Position numbers and translations under genes: made by a program
Part shown: positions 32,533 to 41,415 of the stretch, in pieces
Position numbering within the stretch: position 1 is the stretch's first letter
Layout of the letters: each line of letters starts with the position of its first letter
Notes under the pieces: generated by a model
Told to the model about the DNA's origin: nothing
The model's input: only the letters and a program-made list of their open reading frames with translations
Database searches by the model: none
Origin: an uncultured Planctomycetota bacterium
GTDB lineage: Bacteria > Planctomycetota > Planctomycetia > Isosphaerales > Isosphaeraceae
Direction: 5' to 3'
DNA: 64,000 nucleotides
Assembly (NCBI GenBank): GCA_963845755.1
Contig: CAWJTV010000011.1
Span: 640,001-704,000 of the forward strand

Positions 32533-32798
32533 CTTCGTTACCCTTGGAGGTGGCAATCGCGGCCGTCGATCATGACATGTCCCGAACGGCACTGCGGCGA
32601 AGGCAGGCCGTTCGCGATCATGGGAACCGCGTATCGCCAAGGATAACTGACCCGTCGCCGAGTCGGAATTGAACTACTGACATTGGCGAACGGATGTTGT
32701 TTTTCCCGACGCAGGATGTTGATTTGCCAAGATGTGCGTCGATTTTTCCAGACATTGCTTCGTGAAGTGACAAGATAATCAACAGCGTTTCGAGTCCA

Positions 32799-32904
32799 GG
32801 GGCGTGGGCGTGATGGTGGGCGAGTTCGGCTGCCATAACACGGCGCCGCACCGGTTCGTCCTCTCCTGGATGCACGACATGCTCGAGGTGCTCCAGGCGG
32901 CGTG
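32799..32904 (+). pseudogene. Internally deleted duplicate of the GH5 3' end
   Basis: Matches ~31258-31346 (GVGVMVGEFGCHN.APHRFVLSWMHD), then jumps via the shared GCTCGAGG to ~31470-31495 (MLEVLQA.*). Confidence 0.85.
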
Positions 32905-32929
32905 AGAGGCTCTCGGCAAGCGGACCCGC

Positions 32930-33277
32930 TCATTCCGCGCTTCGCCCTGTCAGCTCATCGAGCGCAGCCCAGACGGCCTGGAGTACGGCATCTGAGATTC
33001 GACCCAGCCTGGACTGGATGAGGCGCTGGTCCAGGACCGTCATCTGGAACACCAACGCTACGGAGGCTCGCTGCAGGCCATTCTCCGCATCGGCATCAAC
33101 CGGGACCGTGCCGGGGAAGCGAAGGGCCGCGAGTTGCGTGGTCATTGGGATCAGCAAGATGGTGGGGAGGCGTGACGTCGCCGCCGCGTCCTGCGCCACG
33201 ATCGCGGGCCGGCGTCCCGCCTGCGCGTGCCCGTTCCGTGGCGGAAAATCCACCCAGTACACATCGCCCACGTTCAT
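32930..33277 (-). CDS. PemK/MazF family toxin
   Basis: MNVGDVYWVDFPPRNGHAQAGRRPAIVAQD...LLIPMTT...GLQRASVALVFQMTVLDQR...LGRI. Confidence 0.92.
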   Translation of the reverse strand: MNVGDVYWVDFPPRNGHAQAGRRPAIVAQDAAATSRLPTILLIPMTTQLAALRFPGTVPVDADAENGLQRASVALVFQMTVLDQRLIQSRLGRISDAVLQAVWAALDELTGRSAE

Positions 33278-33516
33278 GATGATTCCTCTTCCTCCTCGAA
33301 GGGGAACATCTCCCAGGTTTGCGCGCTCAGGGCCTGCCATTCGGCCAATTCCGCGGCCAGTTCCGCGCTCATCGGTTCATCACTCAATGGAACGAGCAAG
33401 ACCCCTCCACGAGTCTCAAGGATCCGGACGGGAGTCGCCGGCGACATGCCGTATCTCTGCCGCACGCCGTCGGGTAATTCGATTTCACCAGATGGGCCGA
33501 CGATCAAGGTTTCCAT
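33274..33516 (-). CDS. AbrB/MazE-type antitoxin
   Basis: VGPSGEIELPDGVRQRYGMSPATPVRIL; overlaps the toxin start by 4 bp. Confidence 0.8.
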   Translation of the reverse strand: METLIVGPSGEIELPDGVRQRYGMSPATPVRILETRGGVLLVPLSDEPMSAELAAELAEWQALSAQTWEMFPFEEEEESS

Positions 33517-34130
33517 GGCCGGGCTTCCTTACGAATTTCAATCAGGGCAATGCCTGGGTTTCGACAGATCCATAGCTATTGCTACATCTTTCCGCGTGGA
33601 GGGGAAGGCTCGTGGAGAGATGCACCGCGCGAGTGCGACGACCGGCTCGGCCAGCTCAAACACGTTGAGCCCAAGGTTCTCCAGGCAGGGTGATCGACAA
33701 CGTTCATTGTACCGCGAGGGACGGCATCGAGGCAAAACCGATGAGCCCTACGGAGAACCCGAAAGCCCATATGTCCCGAAGTGATGTTTGTATAAACATC
33801 ATATGAATTGTCGCTTGTAAAGTCAAAGCCGCATCACAGGTGTAGAGTCGAAGGACGATGCCAGAAGGAAAACGGCACGGTGAGTTCACCGCGAAGTTAA
33901 CAGCAGGCGATGGGACTCAACATCGCTCCCTCTCGCTCATTTGCGGCAACCGGACACATTCGCGCGCAAGGTTTGGCCCCCAGGGCCACCCGTCGGCGGG
34001 ATGGAGTGCCGAACGACGCTGTTCTACATCGTTCCCACATGGGCGCATGACGCCTGGGCTTTCCGAATAGCCGTGGCGATGTTAAGATATCATATACCTT
34101 CGTTCCAAGGCCACTGGAAATGCCATCGAG

Positions 34131-34538
34131 ATGATTCCACCGTTTGAGGAAAACGGGTACTTGCCGCCGGGACTCCATGGCGCCACGCTCGCTGAGATTG
34201 AAGCCCGCTTCGGCCAGCAGACGGAGCTGCGACAGGTTCAGATGGAATCGCTTCAATGGCTCATGGATCTGGCGAGACGTGCGGGGGTCCAGCGGATCGT
34301 CATCAACGGGAGCTTCGTAACAGACGTGCCTGAACCCAACGATGTGGATTGTGCATTACTCATCAGCCCCGGTTTCCCACACGACCCGAATGCGGAACAA
34401 GAGCTGCTCCAGGGGTTGCCCTTCCTCGATATACATCTGGTGCGGCAGGACGGCTGGGACGAACTAGTGGGGACCGTGTTTGGCACGGACCGGCGCCTCA
34501 ATCCCAAAGGTATGATCGAGATTGTATCATGGAACTGA
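34131..34538 (+). CDS. Nucleotidyltransferase-like protein (DUF6932-like)
   Basis: MIPPF...GYLPPG.H.ATL.E...RFG; NGSFVTD.PEPNDVD (GS...DxD pol-beta motif); C-terminal KGMIEI. Confidence 0.75.
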   Translation: MIPPFEENGYLPPGLHGATLAEIEARFGQQTELRQVQMESLQWLMDLARRAGVQRIVINGSFVTDVPEPNDVDCALLISPGFPHDPNAEQELLQGLPFLDIHLVRQDGWDELVGTVFGTDRRLNPKGMIEIVSWN

Positions 34539-34759
34539 AAGATGAACGTGAGGTCGAGGTCACTCGGGACAAGCTTCGCTCGCTCGAGGCGCGCTATCGA
34601 GCGATCCAGGACGAACCGGGTGAGGACTCCCATATCCAGGAGCTGACCCTGCGATCGCTCAAGCGGATGATCAATCAGATGAAGGAAGAGATCGCACGAT
34701 TCGAGGCGCACCGAACTTCAGGAGCATCCCGCGCCCGCACCACTATCGCGAAGAGTTGA
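34529..34759 (+). CDS. Small coiled-coil protein overlapping the nucleotidyltransferase (putative partner)
   Basis: MELKDEREVEVTRDKLRSLEARY...SLKRMINQMKEEIARFEAH; the start overlaps the upstream gene's end. Confidence 0.7.
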   Translation: MELKDEREVEVTRDKLRSLEARYRAIQDEPGEDSHIQELTLRSLKRMINQMKEEIARFEAHRTSGASRARTTIAKS

Positions 34760-34792
34760 ATACCCTTCGCTTTCACATAGAGTCAAGTCCCG

Positions 34793-37700
34793 CTAACGAC
34801 GCGACAGCCGGACGATCTCATCCTCCGGAATCTGCCGTGGGTTAACCGCGGAGAGAAGCGCCTTCACGGGAGTGACCTCGCCGTCGCGGATGAAACAGAA
34901 CTCGCCGGGCTCTTGTGAGGGCAGGCGGCTGGCGACGTCGATGCGGCAATCGCTGAGCATCGGCTTCATCTTGGCGATCGAGTTGGCTTCCTTCACCTGG
35001 CCGACCAGCCAGGCGCGGATGTTGTCGCGGCACTTGTAATCGAAATCGCCGGGGCTCTGGGTGGCCAGCAGTAGGCCCAGGCCGGCCGATCGCGCCCGCT
35101 TCAGCAGGTGCTCCATCGGCTCCTTGGTCGCCGGTTGTCGCACCGCCGGGAGATACAGGTCGGCCTCGTCGAAGAGGACCACCGCCTGGAGTGTCCCGTC
35201 CGGCGCGGGCGACTTGCTGATCCAGCGCCCCAGGCGCCATCAGGAGCTGCGAGACCCAGAACTGGACGTCCTGGTTGGTCCCCAGGAACTTGGTGCTGAT
35301 GATGCTCAGCCGGGTCTTGCCCGACGTCTGGCCCAGGCCTCGGCCCAGCAGCGCATCGACGTCGAGTGGCTCGCCCTCGGCGGCCAGCAGGTCGCCGCGG
35401 ATGTGTCTCAGGGTCTCCAGGTCCTGGACCAGCCGGTCGAAGAGCTTGACGTCGAGGTGGCCGACCACATTGATCAGGGCGGGGTCCTTCTCGGCAATGA
35501 AGTTGACCAGGGCCTGGATGGATATCGCGGCCCGAGGTTCCTGGCTGAGCAGCTCGATCGCGCGGATCAAGATCGCCAGGCATGATTGATCGCGCTTGTT
35601 ATCCCCGTAATTCATCATGTCTGCCAGGGCCGTGGCGGCGAACTTGGCGGCCTGCTCGCGCTCGTGAGAAGGCAAGGCCCCCAACCCGGCGGGGACCGCG
35701 GCGATCGACAGCGGCCGCCCGTCGGGCCGGCGCGGGGTATACAGGGCGACTTCCACCGAGGAGCGGAGCGTCTCCGCCCGCGCGGCCAGCTCGCGGTCCA
35801 GTCCGGCGCGCAGGCCCAGGTCCGGCCGGGCGTAGGCACACAGGTCGCCCTTGCGGTCGATCAGGATCGCCGGGATTCCCTGGACCAAGAGCTGCTCGAC
35901 GACACCCAGCGCGGCCGTCGTCTTGCCGCTGCCCGGCGCACCCAGGAAGGCGGCATGCCGCGTCAGCTCGGCCGGGTCGATCGCGACCGGCTCGCCGCGG
36001 CGGTCGCTTGTGGTGCCGATGACGATGCGATCGGCCCGGGGCAGGGGGGGGCTCGGCTCCGGCGGCTTGACCGTCGTCGCTCCGGCCGCGGGATTGGAGG
36101 GAACCGACGGTTCGGCGGGTGTCGGGGCGATCGTTGGTGTCGGCTCGGGCCGTCGGTCCAGGTCGAGGATCGCGCGCAGCGACGTGAGACCGGTCAAGGG
36201 CCGGCTCCGCTTGAGCCAGGCCACGAAGGCCGGGTCGGCGTCGATCCCGCGGCCTGTGCGAAACACGGCCAGCGCCATCATCGTTCGCCAGTCGGAGTCC
36301 TCGACCACGACGCGACGGCCGCCCCGGGCGATCAGCTTGCCCAGTTGCTGCGAGACCGCCGCTTTGGGATTCGCCGGGAACGCCGTCGAGCGGACGATGA
36401 CCGGCGTGTGCTCGCCGGCGCGGCGCTCGACCTCCTCGATCTGACGACCCAGCGCGCCGCCCTGGGGACCCTTGTTGCAGACGCCCGCCAGCAGTCGCCC
36501 GACCGAGTTGTCCGCGGCATGGCGCTCGGCGAAGACGAAGCGGCCGGCCGTCTCCGCTTCGAAAACGTCGCCCGCCTCCACTTCGCTCGAGCACGAGATG
36601 ATCGCCGCCGCGAGGATCGCCGCGAGTTCTTCCTCATCGGTGGGGACCACCATCGTCAGGGTCGAGCGCAGCTCGTTCCAGGCCTGCTCGATCTCGACGA
36701 TCTTCGACTCCAGGTCCCGGACGCCGGAGTCAACGCGGGCATCAATAGGGTAATCCGCCATCTTCCCTTTCGCGATGCAATGCTCGCGGTAGACCTGGAC
36801 CGCGCCAGGACATCCCGGCGCGCAGGCCCACCAGCCTGGCGACCATCGCCTCGGGGAGCGGGAACGTCGGCTGGTCGGCCCGGAACGAGACTTCCATCGA
36901 CTCGTACAGATACTTCAGCCGCTGGGCGATGAGCTGCTCGACCTGATCGCGATCGCAGGGGGTCGTCAGGCCGACCGGCGGAGGGTCGGTCTCGATCCGA
37001 TCCTTGATTGGCCTGGTGAGCAACTTCTTCAGCTCTTCGTAGTAATCTTCGAGGCAGGCGATGACCACGATGGCCGAGCGGAGCCGGCTGACGATGTCGC
37101 AGAGCGTGGCCATGGCGCGGCGGAACTTGACGGCCGCATCGTCCAGGTCGAAGACATCCTCGAGCTGGTCGACGCACAGGATCAGCGGGACGTTCTCGAC
37201 GGCCCACATCAATTGCCCCAGCCGTTCGATGAGCCGGTGCGGCGCGTCCGGATACGTGCAGGGGACGATCCCGCCCAGCAGCCGGCGGTCGTGCTCGGTG
37301 AGGTCCTCGCAGCGGAGATACTTGAGCACGCCGCGCCTTGATCCGCGGGTCGTGACCTTGAAGATAGAGCAATGCCTGGATCAAAAAGACGTCGATCGTG
37401 TTGAACCGGTCGTCGAGGATGATCCGATCGGCCATCTCGGCGACCAGTTGATCGAGGCCGGGCTGGTCGAGGCCCCCCTCGCGGAGCCGGTCCAGCCAGT
37501 CGCGCGGGACGTCGCGCGACGATTCGGCCAGGGCGTTCGAGAGCCGCATCAGCCCCGTGGTCTCCGACCGGGACTCGTCGTAGGCCTTGTCGAGCGAGTC
37601 GATCAAGTTGTTGAGCACATAACGGCCATACTGGCCCGTGAACGCAGTCATCTGCAGGTAGCCGCAATATCCCGACGACCGGGCATGGACCCGGTTGCGG

Positions 37701-38002
37701 AAGGCCCGCATGAGATGAGTCTTTCCCGATCCGGCGTCGCCCAGCAAGAGGAGGATCCGGCCCGCCGGCAGCCCCGAGATCTCGCGCACCCGCCCCACGA
37801 TCCGCTGGAACGTCTCGCGCGCGCCGGCGTGGATCGACTCCACGTCGAACGGGTCGCGCCTCCAGATATCGTTGGCGTAGGCAAACGCGTGGAACAGCTC
37901 GGGAAGCGGCCTCGAGCAGAACGCGGCGACACGAGGATCGACCCCGACCGGACCGCCCGGCGACTCGGGGCTCGTTTTCGCACTCATGATAGCTGTCGCC
38001 AT
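34793..38002 (-). CDS. Large double ATPase: N-terminal AAA-like P-loop domain + C-terminal HerA/FtsK-like (DUF87) domain (indels near 37330, 36800, 35235)
   Basis: First domain LLGDAGSGKTHLM and LILCVDQLED; second domain HAAFLGAPGSGKTT, ILIDRKGD, VLFDEADLY, LLKRARSAGLGLLLATQSPGDFDY. Built from ORFs 36656..38002, 36742..37329, 34842..36761 and 34793..35182. Confidence 0.82.
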
Positions 38003-38014
38003 GGAAGACCACCT

Positions 38015-39053
38015 TCAAATTCGGATAAAATGAAATGTGGCGTTGAGGTAACTTACCTCGGACATGCGGACGTCCTCCGGGTCCATGGCCTGGACCAGGT
38101 CGGCCCGGCTCAGGTCGAGCAACCGGGCGTTGTTGGCCGCGGCGAGGAACTCCCGGAATCGATCGAGGCCCATCTCCGCGAAGTCCGGGTCGGATTGGAG
38201 CATCCTCCAGACGTGCACGATGAATACCTTGTTATCGCCGTAGCGTCCGGTCGAGCAGGCGCGGGCGGCGGCCTTGACGCGCTCGGCCAGTTCGGACATG
38301 GGGAGTGCCGTCTTCTCGGGCTGCGAGCTGTGCGGCGGAGATCCCAGCGGGCCGCTGTTCCGGTCAACCCAGTCGCGAAGGACGGCATCGCGGAGCTCTT
38401 TCGAATCATCGCGCCGCGCACCCGCGTTCTGTGCGACCAGACGGCCGGCGGCCTTCTTGAAGTCGGTCGCGCGGCCGTCGCCCAGCGCGGTTCAGTACGG
38501 CCGCCTTGACGTTCTTGAGATCGAATTTCCGGGCTTCGCCCTCGAAGCCGATGAGCTTCCAGGCGAGGGCATCGATGGCATCGTCGAGCGTCTTGGGGAC
38601 CGCGGCGATCGGCAGGTCATACTGGCGCCTGAGCAACACCGCCTTGAAGATGGGGTCCGATCCCATCGCCTTGAGCTGGGCCTCGCCCGAGGCCGGTAGA
38701 CCCAGCACGCTGGCCGGGAGATACGTCTTCCTGATCACGGTCCAGTTCGTCCTGGGCTTGAGCGACTCGACACCCAGGAATTCGAGCCCGCGCCGGCGGC
38801 CCGCCGCGGTCAGCGTGACCTTGGGCGCGGCCTTCCTGGACTTGCCCAGCAGGAAGGCCACCAGCCCGTCGGCCTTGAGCGCCTCGATCGCGTGGTTCAG
38901 CGCGGCGGCCAGCGGTGTGCCCGAGCATCGGTGCGCCAGAAGCGGCTCGAGGTCCTTCTGGATCTTCGAGATCGATTCGCCCTTCTCGCCCGCGACCAGC
39001 AGCCGAATCAGGACCAGGGACCCAATCGCGTCGTGATTCGTCGCAGACGTCAT
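38015..39053 (-). CDS. Hypothetical protein with N-terminal winged-helix-like region and conserved-looking C-terminal domain (indel near 38490)
   Basis: ATG overlaps the DUF559 stop (ATGA at 39050-39053); AIEALKADGLV...VTLTAAGRRRGLEFLG; C-terminus GDNKVFIVHVWR...LDLSRADLVQAMDPEDVRMSE...FHFIRI. Confidence 0.7.
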
Positions 39054-40262
39054 GCGCGCTCCCTCACTTCCTGCCGATGCCGGCAAAACGCGACCGCCGA
39101 CAGGAACGTCTCCAACAGCTCCTCGAGACGCCCGACGACGTCGGCGGCGAGGATCCGCAAGACCAGGTAGCCGCGCTTCTGCAGCTCCAGGTCCTTGCGG
39201 CGGTCGCGGCGGTAAGACTCCGGGTCCTGGAAGTGATAATATCCGTCGATCTCGATGACTAGCTGGAGCGAGCGGGCGACGAGGTCGACCTCGATCGGTC
39301 GGCCGGCACCGAAGTGGAAGTCGAGCGTGGTATTGAGCTCGAACAGCCCGGTGGTCTCGGGCAAGGATTCGAGCAGGTCGAAGACGAATTGCTCGGCGGC
39401 GCTGCGGGCGTCATCCTCGGAAGGATGAAGGATGAAGGATGAAGGATGAGTGAATTCGGCGTGACTCGGCGTGCCCCCTTCAGGTTCCAGCCTTCCCGCC
39501 TCCGGTTCCAACCCGACCTCACGAGGAGGCGGGGAGAGCACCGATCCCCGCAGCAGCGCCTTCGGCGCGCGACTCGGGCGCCTGGTCGAGGTACGCCGCG
39601 AACGCGTCGGGCTCGACGATCAGCCCGAGGGTGGCCTGGGGCTGGGCCTCGGCGAGGTCGGCGAGCAGCCGCGCGAGGCTCACGAGCTGCGAGAGATCTT
39701 GCCCGGCCGGCGCGGCGAGCAGGACGGGCAGGCACTCCTGGGGGACCAGCTCGCCGATGGCCCGATACACGCGGAGCCAGGGCCGGCCGTGCCCTTCGAG
39801 CCCGGCGTTCAGCTCCGGCCCGAGCCCCGCCTTGGACCGCCGGTGCCCCTGGGCCGCCAGCTCGATCAGGCGGCGGACCGCCAGCTCGACGCCCGATTCC
39901 GAGACCAGCGGGACGGCGGAGTCCAGCAGCCTCGCCACGTCATGAGCCGTCATCCCGCGGAGCTGTCGGCCGAGCAGACCGGCAGGCTGATCCCGCCGCT
40001 CCGCCAGCCAGGCGACCGCGGAATCGACCAGATCGCGCCCGGCCGCCAGCCGGTCGACCCACGGAACCACCAGGCTCTCGGCATCCGTTTGCTCCGAGCG
40101 CACCAGCACCATCTCCCGCCCCAGCTCCCACGCCCAGCGCCGGAGGGACTCCAGCACCGGACCGATCGGTCCGGCCAACACCGACACCGTGGGAACCCCG
40201 GCTCGACGACGCTCGTCGTGACGATCGAGCCCATTGTCCATTGCGTCGAGTGCCGAGCCCAT
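39050..40262 (-). CDS. DUF559 (Vsr-like PD-(D/E)XK) endonuclease with a long N-terminal extension (indel near 39550)
   Basis: C-terminus ARSAAEQF...EVDLVARSLQLVIEIDGYYH....YRRDRRKDLELQKRGYLVLRILA; N-terminus from ORF 39519..40517. Confidence 0.8.
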
Positions 40263-40633
40263 CGCCTGCGTCCTCAGCGGATTTCTGGCCTGATTTCGAC
40301 GTCCTCGGTCATGACGACCGCCTTCGCGGTCCCGTCGTGATTCGCGTGGGATCCGATCTGACCGAGGACACCGGACAAAATCACATTCTCCAACAGCCAT
40401 GTGCGACTGTCCACGCGCCAGGCCGTGCAGGTGCGGAATTTGCAGGCAGGTTTCCGTTGCCGTCCGGAGAATCCTGCGCTTTCCACGCGGAACCGAAGCC
40501 CGACGGACGACGAACAACTACCAAAGGACAACGAGAAGCCCCTTGAGAGCTGATCCCCGGCAGGCTAAGGTGCATCCGGTGTCTCTCGAAGGACCCTTGA
40601 ACCTCACGATACCATCAACCAAGGAGACATGAC

Positions 40634-41200
40634 ATGGCGATCACGAAGTGCGTTGCGTCCCTGGCTGCCGGCTCGCTCATCTGCGTCGCGGTCCTGGGAT
40701 TGCGAACGCAGGCCGCCGCGCCGGAGAAGGCGGCTGCCGGAACTCCGGTCACCAAGGCCAGCGCCCAATTGATCCCGACGACCAAGACGCAGAGCACGGT
40801 CAAAGGCACGATAACCTTCACCAAGACCGAGCACGGCGTCCACGTTTCCGGGGAGATCACGGGGTTGACTCCGGGCGAGCACGGCTTCCACGTCCATGAA
40901 TTCGGCATCTGGAACGAGGACGGTACCGCCTCGGGAGGCCACTTCAACCCAACGGGTGCACCGCACGCCGCGCACGACAGCGCGAAGCGGCACGTCGGCG
41001 ATATGGGCAACCTCAAGGCCGACGAGAGCGGCAAAGCCACCGTGGAGCTGGACGATGATCAGATGAGCTTCGAGGGCCCGACCTCGATCCTGGGCCGCGG
41101 CCTGGTCGTCCACGCGAAGGCCGACGACCTCAAGACCCAGCCGTCCGGCGACGCCGGCGGCCGGCTCGCCGTCGCGATCATCGGCGTGGCCAAGCCCTAG
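40634..41200 (+). CDS. sodC: Cu/Zn superoxide dismutase (exported)
   Basis: AAGGAG RBS and signal peptide; HGFHVHE, GGHFNP, RHVGDMGN, GRGLVVHAKADD, GDAGGRLA. Confidence 0.93.
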   Translation: MAITKCVASLAAGSLICVAVLGLRTQAAAPEKAAAGTPVTKASAQLIPTTKTQSTVKGTITFTKTEHGVHVSGEITGLTPGEHGFHVHEFGIWNEDGTASGGHFNPTGAPHAAHDSAKRHVGDMGNLKADESGKATVELDDDQMSFEGPTSILGRGLVVHAKADDLKTQPSGDAGGRLAVAIIGVAKP

Positions 41201-41207
41201 GCTCTCG

Positions 41208-41277
41208 GAAGGATGAAGGATGAAGGATGAAGGATGAAGGATGAGTCCGTAACTGGTCTTATTCAGCCTTCAACCTT
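41208..41277. repeat. Heptamer (GAAGGAT)n tandem with a degenerate inverted arm, downstream of sodC
   Basis: GAAGGAT x5 at ~41208-41242, followed by TTCAGCCTTCAACCTTC. Confidence 0.85.
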
Positions 41278-41296
41278 CTGGCCCGTGGTCTGGGTT

Positions 41297-41355
41297 GGGT
41301 GCCCCGTGAGCACCGGAGCGGGCCGGGCGCGGGGATCGGTGCTCACGGGGCACCC
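41297..41355. repeat. REP-like inverted pair
   Basis: GGGTGCCCCGTGAGCACCG...CGGTGCTCACGGGGCACCC between convergent genes. Confidence 0.8.
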
Positions 41356-41415
41356 GACGCGCCCGGTCGCCACCCCACAGTGAGACGACCTCATTAACGA
41401 CCTCATTACTGATGG

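Noticed and set aside
33520..34125. Short ORFs between mazE and the nucleotidyltransferase gene
   Set aside because: No RBS, domain motif or consistent frame; probably promoter or decayed sequence.
41208..41355. Possible CRISPR array
   Set aside because: These are 7-mer tandems and an inverted pair, not 25-45 bp direct repeats with unique spacers; no cas genes are present.
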